From positions 508-64,507 of the IMG/VR virus record IMGVR_UViG_3300019889_000013: a stretch of 64,000 nt of DNA. One strand, written 5' to 3'. Of this stretch, positions 57,801-64,000 are shown piece by piece (the first letter of the stretch is position 1; every line of letters begins with the position of its first letter). Origin of the DNA: a virus (Duplodnaviria; Caudoviricetes). The position numbers were made by a program, and so were the translations under genes. Under the pieces are notes generated by a model. It did no database searches, was not told where the DNA came from, and saw nothing but the letters and a program-made list of their open reading frames with translations.

Positions 57801-60206
57801 GGCTACGGGCTCGACCCGGCCTATATCGAGGCCTACCAGAAAAGCGATCTCGGCAAGGCCGCGATCATGCGCAAGGCACAGGACGTCCTCAAGGTGCTGT
57901 CCAATGCGGGTGTCAGCGCGCCGGAAGCCAAGGTGTTGCAGGCGGTCCTGACCGGCGAGAACGTGACCGACGCCGACATGATCAAGCTGGCGGTGCCGAT
58001 CCGCAAGGCAATCGATGACATGGGAGCCGAAGCCGTTTCCCTTGGATTGATCTCGGCCGAAAGTTTCGAGAGAAACCGCGCCTCCTACCTGCACCGCGTC
58101 TACACCAAGAACGAGATCGACCAGTCGACGCTGGCAGGCTGGGTGTCGGCCAAGATGACCGGACGCCGCAAGAAGATCATCGGCGACCAGTTGAAGGGTC
58201 GCGGCATGTTCATGGACATCGAGACTGACCGGCTGATGCAGGACGTCGATTCGTTCAAGAGCGGCAAGCGCGGCGGGCCGCAGCTTAACGAGAAGTTCCG
58301 GGTGATCGATGAGGTGAGTTCAACGCCGAATCTCAATCCAACTGCCCCTGCCAGCGACAAGGTGTTGCGCCGCATCTACCTGCCGACAAACGAGGCGGTG
58401 CCTGCCAAGTATCAGGGGCCAAACTGGGTGGATCGCGGGACGTGGGAGGTGCGCAAGTCCGGCGCAAAGCAGACGCTATGGCGCGACTACACCAAGGAAG
58501 AGCGCGGCAAGATGGGCGAGCTTGTCGATGCCCGCTACACCATCGCCAAGACCTTCATGCTGATGGCCAACGATCTGTCGACCGGGCGATTCTTCAAGGA
58601 AGTCTCCGAGAAGGACGAGTGGACCCGTTCGATGCAGCCGCCGGATGGCCAGTGGAAAGAGGCGTCCGAGTACAACCAGTATTGGAACGACCCGGAGATT
58701 CAATGGGTCAAGGTGCCCGATACCAACATCGCCGACACCGGCGGCAAGAAGCGCTGGGGTGCGCTGGCGAACAAGTTTGTCCGGGCGGAAATCTGGCGCG
58801 ATCTCAACGAGGTCAACATCGCCAACAACCCCGGCACATGGCGCATTCTTTTGACGCAATGGAAGAAGAACAAGACCGCGCGTAACCCGGTCGTTCACAT
58901 GAACAACGTCGTCTCGAACCTGATGTTCATGGACCTTGCCGATGTCCGCGCCCAAGACCTCGTCGCTGGCATCAAGGCTTTTGCCAAGGGCGACGTCCAC
59001 TATCAGGAAGCGCTCGACAACGGTGCGTTCGGCGGCGACATGGTTGCCCAAGAGATCAGGGACGAAGTGTTCAAGCCACTGCTCGATGCGATCACCAAGC
59101 AATCGACCGGCGCTGGCAATCCCTTCCTTGCCAAGGCTGGCATGGTGGGCGTCGTCGCTGACAAGTTGTGGACGTGGGCCAAGGCCGCCGACAACGGCAT
59201 GCTCCGGGCCTATCAGGCAGAGGATCAGATATTCCGCATGGCCACCTACATGCGCCGCCGCAGTCAAGGCGAGAGTCCGAAGGTGGCAGCGGCCAATGCC
59301 CGCGACCAGTTCCTCAACTACGACATCCGCGCGCCGTGGATACGGGCCATGCGCAATTCATTCTTCCCGTTCATTTCCTACACCTACCGGGCGGTGCCGA
59401 TGCTGGCGGAAAACTTCATGCACCGGCCGTGGAAGGTGGCGAAGTACGTGGCCATCGCCTTCGCGGTCAATGCGCTGTCCTACATGTTCGATGACGGCGA
59501 CGACGGCGAGGAGCGCGAACGTGCGGCGCTGCGCGACGAGGAGCAGGGTTACTCATGGCTGGGCACGCCGCGCATGGTGCGCATGCCGTGGCGCGATGCG
59601 CATGGCCTGCCGGTGTTCCTCGACGTGCGCAGGTGGGTGCCAGCAGGCGACATCTTCGACACCACGCAAGGCTCGTCGGCGCTGCCGATCCCGGCTCCGC
59701 TGATGTTCGGTGGGCCGATGATGTTGGCTGTCGAGTTGATGCTGAACAAATCGGCATTCACCGGCGAGGAGATCATCAACGAACTGACCGACACCTCAAC
59801 GGACAAGGCTGCGAAGATCGCCGATTATCTCTGGAAGGCGTGGATGCCGAACTCGTTCTGGACGCCAAACTCATGGTACTGGACCAAGATCAGCAACGCG
59901 CTGCATGGCGCGACCGACAGCGCCGGTCGCCCCTATTCGATACCGCAGGCGGTCGCCTCCTCCTTCGGCATCAAAATAAAGCCGCTCGATGTCGAGGACG
60001 GAATCAAGTGGCACTTCTACGATTTCCAGAAGGTGCAGAAGGAACTGAAGTCACAGTTGCGCTCGGCGTCCGGGCGGCTTGATCGCGGCTTGATCAGCCA
60101 GTCGGCTTTCGATGCCGAAGCCGCTGCGATCATGGCGAAGTTCGAAACGCTCGGCGGGAAGATTGATACATTCTCGCGACAAACCGAGAAGAAGCCAAAG
60201 CCATGA
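51843..60206 (+). CDS. giant polyvalent virion protein: DdrB-like ParB, GNAT, zeta-toxin-like kinase, zincin (MPTase) and LPD38-like domains
   Basis: YPQELQPRDR...GAPIV...VESGNGR (about 53820-54920); RRLGVATALY (about 55200-55440); GPPAAGKST, D.DDAKK.IPEY, VHEES (about 55920-56370); LHHEAVH...EEGIA (about 56840-57000). Confidence 0.85.
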   Translation: MVDIDALFADVPTEAERVAMDKASLLFADIPDEKPADETGWVEGAVTGTLNTGARAGARLQQGGSQLMLEQTAGRAADRKRSFSEILEDEQLSSGLTDMQGKPMKTNTGGEYVSAAARWIDAKYADMIGTDDEAAAQSYAESMQKHMDEVASIPKSQIAQAFEKKAMVKDATLGQTLANFGSAILDNPVGGFSWMLETAGESAPQIGAAVIGGALTKNPAVGIGLMGGGSYATERYTSPGEFFQEKGLDLKKPEDREKLLNDPKMMAEAADRGMIRGLIIGGFDALSGGIAGKALIKNPFAEALAQTMTQGLLGAGGEYGARKAAGQKIDWGEVVAEGFAELVTTPFDMVAAARGERPGTADEALPAGDVLPAEPPVVPPGAAPAAPPEAAPAAPAVLEAAGLPKTPENIAVAESVPEQVARQTELPDSPRLTPADRASPIPNEIIDAGRATVEAATGQESSFTTTKVVDGHRQVVNAKVSDLVAANRVETQAVVSEIMQGVDTPEILAQPQPAAAPASTGEMPGTLGPVEASASVAPSMAETAPVAPTIERANQPPPAEGSPLAEQIKKFKARSAARDVEVSDLTASGKSIKLVSNRDPTRKAMVGPDMSEPGKFRVTYIDEQGPSGHTVYDTMEEAARSVVGSYHPVGNIAKQVVKKDVAITPAGREVPVVYAVVEADDLVSSQRDEGGANPAYPQELQPRDRSRGTSDVQINQIAQNLNPALLDNVASATDGAPIVSADGVVESGNGRVLGIRKAYKENLPGGQTYRQYLVDQGYIDTVAAKEMKNPVLVRIRQGQMEPGERTAFTREANERTTMTLSATEKAMADAEALSPDTVGLYRGGEVAEAGNRDFVRSFMQSVVSPNEQGAMVTPDGELSQEAIRRVQAALLARAYGDADLVGALVESTDNNIKAIGGAMMDVAGAWSQMRSESKEGTISPDVDVTPFLLEAIRLVQRARNEGKPLSALVSQTDIFSGTTIVPEAEMLLRLMFRNNVSWTQPAGREKLAEALRYYVTEARKTAPGIDLLGETAPPANKILEQAKKRQYGTEETQEKLTLGGGTAGKNDGAPAGGRAVEAQPRPKPENRPAVPGKTREEAKLSVPEAGTRVTLPGGQTATIEHPDEETFRITVDGKRVGEMHLTLKRAAPYATSVSVIGERRLGVATALYDAAEKVLGRRLIPSPLGLSPEAIAFWKNRLGKMEPGEKQALLAEALKIGQDAGVGRTARDRVDSLGYREEAKFKKSSLPGPLGAAVDRMNKLRLEKRLNSPEIAEAIKAMADIPVTFDPKGPPVAQGFWDSRARTYNFAEKGERPHRVPSNDAAVEVLVERARSLAVDELNGDRKKAGQPPLEPYIPSRDRKATIIIGPPAAGKSTIANAIALRMRAAIADVDDAKKVIPEYGGGIGANAVHEESSVLGEEVLERLMNAGDNIIIPKVGHKLASIEKLRENLKLFNYDVELVLMDVDPRTAVGRMLGRFKSSGRLINPTYFLDVVGEPPVTYDQAKKEGKFDGYSRVKSENNVPTRVHEAIGKAASVARGEIFERSGEIGTGRPSEGRGDERGGKTVRERPQEAKLKTAEPAPQRGKNVDVQGGVIHYATSPGFEEKADAVLADLRKALDKLGLTGVDLGVWQQIFADLESGPVGPDGVYLRNVIDISLQSADPDMVLHHEAVHAMVGLGLLTDSEMNILNRKSKKEWITDAIKERYPESQWVEEGIAHAYTDWINGTRMDGMIARSFKKIKTFLKALYQTLTNHDIRTADDVFRQMTSGEVGKRSAGADTRKEPSFAVTETVDMFEGKREQYVLPGAEKLTDAQMAQRKAEERMTAKTAQKSVEALPLFGDQKDQLALFSKPPSGPNDPRFNLNVPPHTTTQAAAVTQGFLNRGQFVDRAIRVPFQLFGGLDSQNRWRATKRLTDMMGPQRIQAGSLSAVIGGAVGGAIAGPIGGVAGFFAAGTAGAYILGSAPAPANGKFGWFKSIAENGKRGLIDGYGLDPAYIEAYQKSDLGKAAIMRKAQDVLKVLSNAGVSAPEAKVLQAVLTGENVTDADMIKLAVPIRKAIDDMGAEAVSLGLISAESFERNRASYLHRVYTKNEIDQSTLAGWVSAKMTGRRKKIIGDQLKGRGMFMDIETDRLMQDVDSFKSGKRGGPQLNEKFRVIDEVSSTPNLNPTAPASDKVLRRIYLPTNEAVPAKYQGPNWVDRGTWEVRKSGAKQTLWRDYTKEERGKMGELVDARYTIAKTFMLMANDLSTGRFFKEVSEKDEWTRSMQPPDGQWKEASEYNQYWNDPEIQWVKVPDTNIADTGGKKRWGALANKFVRAEIWRDLNEVNIANNPGTWRILLTQWKKNKTARNPVVHMNNVVSNLMFMDLADVRAQDLVAGIKAFAKGDVHYQEALDNGAFGGDMVAQEIRDEVFKPLLDAITKQSTGAGNPFLAKAGMVGVVADKLWTWAKAADNGMLRAYQAEDQIFRMATYMRRRSQGESPKVAAANARDQFLNYDIRAPWIRAMRNSFFPFISYTYRAVPMLAENFMHRPWKVAKYVAIAFAVNALSYMFDDGDDGEERERAALRDEEQGYSWLGTPRMVRMPWRDAHGLPVFLDVRRWVPAGDIFDTTQGSSALPIPAPLMFGGPMMLAVELMLNKSAFTGEEIINELTDTSTDKAAKIADYLWKAWMPNSFWTPNSWYWTKISNALHGATDSAGRPYSIPQAVASSFGIKIKPLDVEDGIKWHFYDFQKVQKELKSQLRSASGRLDRGLISQSAFDAEAAAIMAKFETLGGKIDTFSRQTEKKPKP
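54982..55170 (+). CDS. putative nested ORF in the +1 frame behind the DdrB-ParB domain
   Basis: MEQKKPKKSSPLVVELLARTMEHQQEDEPSKLNRDRNLKIAQQFREKHGKKPNSASQKPEQE; host frame here has atypical A/T-ending codons. Confidence 0.45.
   Translation: MEQKKPKKSSPLVVELLARTMEHQQEDEPSKLNRDRNLKIAQQFREKHGKKPNSASQKPEQE
56371..56565 (+). CDS. nested ORF in the +1 frame behind the zeta domain, putative antitoxin/immunity protein
   Basis: AAGGAAGG RBS 8 nt upstream; 23/47 identity with early gene 1135-1320. Confidence 0.75.
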   Translation: MATQESNRKTTFLQEYTKLLEKRRAWLGEKSLSEAERLERGDLLREEAMSVVAKQYEKDHKKQS

Positions 60207-60919
60207 TCCAGTTCGACCGCAAGACCTACTTCGACATGGTCCGTGACAGCCTGTTCATGGGCAAGATCACACAGCAGCAGGTAGACGGGCAAGATTTTAT
60301 CCTCGACACATGGGAGGACACGCGGCCGGGGCATGACATCCGCTGGCTGTCCTATGAACTGGCGACCACCATCCACGAAACCGCCTCGACCATGTGGCCG
60401 ATAGAGGAGTACGGCAAGGGCAAGGGCCAGCCCTACGGCGTTCCTGATCCAAAAACCGGCGAGGCCTATTACGGGCGCGGCTTCGTGCAACTGACGTGGA
60501 TAGACAACTACCGGAAGATGACGCCGATCATCGTTCCATTCTTTTCGGCGACGGCCATCGATCTGGTGCAGAATCCAAGCCAAGCGCTGATCCCGGAGAT
60601 TGCCGCAGCCATCATGTTCGAGGGCATGGAGCGCGGCTCGTTCCGCAAGGGGCAGACGCTGGCGCGTTACTTCGATGAGGATACGGACGATCCGTTCGGG
60701 GCGCGGGAGATCATCAACGGCGACAAGAAGAGCGTGCCGTCATGGTCGAACGGGGTGAGTATCGGCAATCTGATCAAGGGCTATCATGAAAAATTCCTGT
60801 CGGCGCTCAAGGCATCGCAGACAGCGGTCGTGCCGCCACCAGTATCGGAGCCAACAAGGGGCGTGGTCACGCTGGTCGGCGATCTCGAAGTCTGGCTCAA
60901 TGGGGTAAAACTTGCGTGA
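60203..60919 (+). CDS. endolysin, glycoside hydrolase family 19-like
   Basis: LAT..HET...M.PIEEYG, YYGRGFVQLTW..NY, AR.IING.D. Confidence 0.88.
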   Translation: MIQFDRKTYFDMVRDSLFMGKITQQQVDGQDFILDTWEDTRPGHDIRWLSYELATTIHETASTMWPIEEYGKGKGQPYGVPDPKTGEAYYGRGFVQLTWIDNYRKMTPIIVPFFSATAIDLVQNPSQALIPEIAAAIMFEGMERGSFRKGQTLARYFDEDTDDPFGAREIINGDKKSVPSWSNGVSIGNLIKGYHEKFLSALKASQTAVVPPPVSEPTRGVVTLVGDLEVWLNGVKLA

Positions 60920-61069
60920 GTAACCCCTCCAAAAGAGCGCCTTGATTTTAGCATTGGCTATCATAATGTTAGCGGGCGCGGAGCCGACGCCAAAATTCAC
61001 CCCCTGACCAAGCATTTGCCCCACAGCAAAACCCCAAAACCCGCCTAAAAAGCGAACGAGGATGAAGCA

Positions 61070-61678
61070 ATGAAAACAGTTGTCCTCATGATCCCGCTGT
61101 TCGTCATCGCCGGATACCAGATGGCGAATGCAGTGGAGTTCAATGATCAGCAGTGCCGGTATCTCAACAAGCACAACATCAACACCGCGAACCTGTGTAA
61201 ACGGCCACCCGCCAATGCCAGCGAAAACCCCGGAGGAAATGGTGGATCGATTGGTGGCAGTTCTGTTGGCAATGGCTCTGGTAGCGGTGGTTCTGATAGC
61301 GGGAGTGGCTCTGGTGGTGGAGGTTCTCCTCCCGGCAGCGGCGGTAATCCCCCCGGTGGAAATCCACCCGGTGGAGGCGGTGGCAATCCCCCCGGTGGCG
61401 GTGGCAATCCTCCCGGCGGTAACCCACCCGGCGGTAATCCTCCCGGCGGCGGTCATCATGGTGGAGGTCACCACGGTGGCGACCACGGTGGCAAAGGCGA
61501 TCACGGCAAAGGCGATCACGGCAAAGGCGATCACGGCAAAGGTCATGGCAACAATGGTCATGGCAACGGCGATCAGGACGCGCCCGGTAATTCGGGCGGC
61601 CACAACAACGGCGAGAACGGCAGCCATTCAGGACAAGGTAATTCCGGTGGCGGAAAAGGCGGCCACGACAGGCGTTAG
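61070..61678 (+). CDS. secreted Gly/His-rich low-complexity protein
   Basis: Signal peptide; GGNPPG and KGDHG repeats; NNGHGNGDQDAPGNS motif. Confidence 0.7.
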   Translation: MKTVVLMIPLFVIAGYQMANAVEFNDQQCRYLNKHNINTANLCKRPPANASENPGGNGGSIGGSSVGNGSGSGGSDSGSGSGGGGSPPGSGGNPPGGNPPGGGGGNPPGGGGNPPGGNPPGGNPPGGGHHGGGHHGGDHGGKGDHGKGDHGKGDHGKGHGNNGHGNGDQDAPGNSGGHNNGENGSHSGQGNSGGGKGGHDRR

Positions 61679-62028
61679 TCGAATAACTTCCTTGGAGGCA
61701 GGCTCTTGGATGACGTCGGCTTGCCTCCGGGCTTTCTGCCAGTGCCGACCGTGATCATGTCGTTATCGAACCAGAATTTCTGGGTGCGCCGCAGGGCATC
61801 GAGGCAGTGGCTATCCATTGCCCAGACTCTTTGATCGAGCGCGGCGTGGCAGGAAGAACAGGCGAACACCGCGTGCCAGTCATCGCCCTTGTTGCCCATG
61901 CCCTTCACCGGGTTTGGCAGGTGCGCCAGCACGGTGGTTGCCGGGTCGTGATTGCAGATGCCGGTGAGCCGCAAGGTACACTTCTGCCCCTTGGCGCTGT
62001 CGCGCAACGCCTGCGAGACGAAGCCCAT
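61675..62028 (-). CDS. DUF1364/YbcO-like nuclease
   Basis: LR.SA.G..C.LR..G.CN.DP.TTVLAH....GMG.K..D....ACS.CH..LD. Confidence 0.85.
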   Translation of the reverse strand: MGFVSQALRDSAKGQKCTLRLTGICNHDPATTVLAHLPNPVKGMGNKGDDWHAVFACSSCHAALDQRVWAMDSHCLDALRRTQKFWFDNDMITVGTGRKPGGKPTSSKSLPPRKLFD

Positions 62029-62375
62029 CAAACACCCACCATCCACCCCGGCGGCAGCGGGATTGCCCCGGTATGGGGCCGCCAGATGTGCAGGCAGTAG
62101 GGATGCAGATTGATGTGGTCACTGGGTGGGACGTGCAACTGCATGGCCACCTCGTCGTCCTTGAAGAACAGTCGCTTGACGTATTCCATCTCGTCCCAGT
62201 TCGGGACGCGGTCGCGGCGGCTGATCGAGATGTGATCCCAGCCCATCCCGGCCGATGCAATGATGCGCAGCACCCGCTTGTCGACCGGCGACTTGGTCAG
62301 GAACGAACCGCCATCATCGCCGAGTTCATGGACGATCACACCGGGCAAGGTCGGGAGACTCCAGAGTGGCTTCAT
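62028..62375 (-). CDS. conserved phage protein (DUF7694-like)
   Basis: IAS.G.GWDH.S.S...R.P.W.EM..VKRLFF..DE.AMQLHVP..DHIN.HPYCLH.WRP. Confidence 0.8.
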   Translation of the reverse strand: MKPLWSLPTLPGVIVHELGDDGGSFLTKSPVDKRVLRIIASAGMGWDHISISRRDRVPNWDEMEYVKRLFFKDDEVAMQLHVPPSDHINLHPYCLHIWRPHTGAIPLPPGWMVGV

Positions 62376-62545
62376 TTCAGTTTCACCCTTGCCTCGACGG
62401 CGACCATCGGCATGCCGCACTTGTCGCAGCACGGCTGGTCGTGCAGTGCCCGCGCCTCCTCGAACGTCAGAAGCTTCTTTGCCTTGCACGACACACACTG
62501 GATGGTGATGCCACCATCGGGCTTGATCCTATACGCGCGGCTCAT
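62372..62545 (-). CDS. Zn-ribbon protein
   Basis: CVSC...PCCDKCGMPM. Confidence 0.65.
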   Translation of the reverse strand: MSRAYRIKPDGGITIQCVSCKAKKLLTFEEARALHDQPCCDKCGMPMVAVEARVKLK

Positions 62546-62745
62546 ATCAACCTCTCTGCTGCCTCTGCCTTGTCGGCCCAACGTTCGTAGTCTTCGGCGA
62601 TCTGGGTCATGATCGCAATCTTCCGCCTCGCTTCGACGTCCGTCATCTTGCCGTCCGTCACCCGTTTCGAATAGACGAATTGTCGGTAGGTGACTTCCCG
62701 TCTTGCCTCCTTGGCCTTCTCCCTGTCCGTGAACTGGATTGCCAT
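62542..62745 (-). CDS. conserved phage hypothetical protein
   Basis: FT..EK...A.REV..R..VY...V..GKM....A...IA.M..IA.DY. Confidence 0.75.
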   Translation of the reverse strand: MAIQFTDREKAKEARREVTYRQFVYSKRVTDGKMTDVEARRKIAIMTQIAEDYERWADKAEAAERLI

Positions 62746-63614
62746 CAGCGTGCCCCCGGTCGGAGATCGGCAAGCGCGCAGCCTGCCGTCTCGGCCACCC
62801 ATTCCTTGTCGAGTTCCTGCTCGCCCTTGGTGACGGCGCGGCAATGCCGGTAGATCAACTGCGCCACGTCCTTGGCTTCTGCCGAGATGCCAGCCGGGGT
62901 GAAGCGGGCCTTGATCGTCTTCACTTGCAAGTCCACTATGTCGACGTCGCCGTCACGCAATGTCGCGGAGACGAGCATCCTTGCCGACATCCTCAACCAG
63001 TCAAGCTCGACGTCGGTAAAGGGGTCGTCAGCCGATGGCGCGTCGCGAGGGTTGGATTCGAGCGCGTCACCGGCCTCCGATCCAGAGGGAAGTGCCTCCT
63101 CTGAATCTTCTGAATAAGGTTCCCCAGCGCCGACCGGGATAGGGTCAGCGCCGGGGCCATCATCGGTCGCGGAGGGGGCTCCTGCGCCGGATGATTCTGA
63201 TGCTTCCTTCTGAAGTGTCGCCGGGTCTATCCCAAACCGCTGCTCAACGATACCGCAGAAAATCTCGAAATATTCCGCCAGTTCCCTGTCGGTAAATGTG
63301 GATATCGAACGCGGATGGCTACCCCACTTTCCGTTTCTTCTCTTGTAGGGCTCGACAAATCCGGCCGCCAGCTTCAAGGCTTCGTGCGCGGTGAGCGTGT
63401 TTGACCACGGCGTGTCGGCCTCCTTGAGCAGCTTCGACAACATGGCGAAGTATTGTTTCTCCTTCGACCGGACCTTGACCCGCACCGCGTTGACGTTGAT
63501 CTCCGCGCCTTCGTGCCACTGGTTCACCAGTTCCAGATCAAAGGCGGTGACCGGCACCAGATGCCCCCTCTCGATGCGCATGGTGATGGTCGGGCTGTCG
63601 TCGTTCTTGCTCAT
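62745..63614 (-). CDS. NinB/DUF1367-like recombination-module protein
   Basis: RS.....YFA.L.......H..LKL..G.........PRSIS..F...E...YF N-terminal domain. Confidence 0.55.
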   Translation of the reverse strand: MSKNDDSPTITMRIERGHLVPVTAFDLELVNQWHEGAEINVNAVRVKVRSKEKQYFAMLSKLLKEADTPWSNTLTAHEALKLAAGFVEPYKRRNGKWGSHPRSISTFTDRELAEYFEIFCGIVEQRFGIDPATLQKEASESSGAGAPSATDDGPGADPIPVGAGEPYSEDSEEALPSGSEAGDALESNPRDAPSADDPFTDVELDWLRMSARMLVSATLRDGDVDIVDLQVKTIKARFTPAGISAEAKDVAQLIYRHCRAVTKGEQELDKEWVAETAGCALADLRPGAR

Positions 63615-64000
63615 TCGGATACTCGCTTCAGGTGACGGCGCTTCATGCCGATGGCCACGCCGGTGAACTCCTCGCCGTTCTCCATCTGCGTCAGCCGCGC
63701 CTCCAGATCGTACTCGTTGTAGACGTCCTCAACCTCTTCGGTGGTCTTGCAGGCATTCAATGAGACGTCCAGTTCGGTCAGGAGATCGCTGGGGGTTTGC
63801 TCTTCTCCCGTTTCAGAATCGAACCCCTCCTCCTCCTGCTTCTCCGGTTCCGGTTTCGGCTCTGGCTTCTTCGGCTTGGGTGGTGCAGGCCGACCGCTGG
63901 GTTTCGCGTTTTCTGCGACTTTCTGCGGTTGCGTTGTACCGTTTGGCGGAACATCGGAGGCGTGCCCGGAGCGGGTCGGCTCCAGTTGCTTGACCGGCGC
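63611..64000 (-). CDS. C-terminal part of a gene entering from the right edge (probably the tail of the RecT-like gene)
   Basis: Open frame APVKQLEP...PKPKKPEPKPEPEKQEEEGFDSETGE...MKRRHLKRVSE*, ATGA-coupled to 62745-63614. Confidence 0.6.
   Translation of the reverse strand, partial: APVKQLEPTRSGHASDVPPNGTTQPQKVAENAKPSGRPAPPKPKKPEPKPEPEKQEEEGFDSETGEEQTPSDLLTELDVSLNACKTTEEVEDVYNEYDLEARLTQMENGEEFTGVAIGMKRRHLKRVSE

Noticed and set aside
61320-61560. Tandem repeats as a CRISPR array or VNTR
   Set aside because: They are in-frame Gly/Pro/His coding repeats without unique spacers, and there are no cas genes.
1-64000. tRNA, rRNA, integrase/att sites, DGR
   Set aside because: No cloverleaf or T-loop signatures, recombinase motifs, reverse transcriptase or TR/VR pair were recognised by eye.

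Overview
The window is almost the whole genome (about 64 kb, high GC) of a podovirus-type tailed phage, probably infecting an alphaproteobacterium (host inferred, not shown). A RecT-like gene starts at 230 (-) and runs off the left edge. A C-terminal fragment enters at the right edge (64000->63611, -), so the contig is probably circularly permuted with only a few hundred bases missing. Layout: (i) a leftward early region (1-20.2 kb and 61.7-64 kb) of many small genes (DUF3560, DUF6011, DUF6283, DNA MTase, TerB, Cro-like, plus a rightward orphan BrnA-type antitoxin), driven by sigma70-like promoters that share a repeated TTCGTAGTAC(A/G) motif; (ii) VRR-NUC and an AAA/RepA-type helicase; (iii) a rightward late region with terS, a P22-like terL split into two genes 7.5 kb apart, portal, scaffold, N4-gp56-type major capsid, tail adaptor/nozzle/fibre, ejection proteins, a 2787-aa polyvalent protein and a GH19 endolysin. 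Best candidate new system: the polyvalent protein (DdrB-ParB, GNAT, zeta-toxin kinase, zincin domains) carries small ORFs overprinted in the +1 frame directly behind its enzymatic domains. The ORF behind the zeta domain (56371-56565) is 23/47 identical, ungapped, to a free-standing early gene (1135-1320), which suggests nested antitoxin/immunity genes for a virion-delivered toxin. I saw no integrase, CI repressor, DNA polymerase, tRNA or CRISPR array. All family assignments come from motif recognition by eye, not from database searches.
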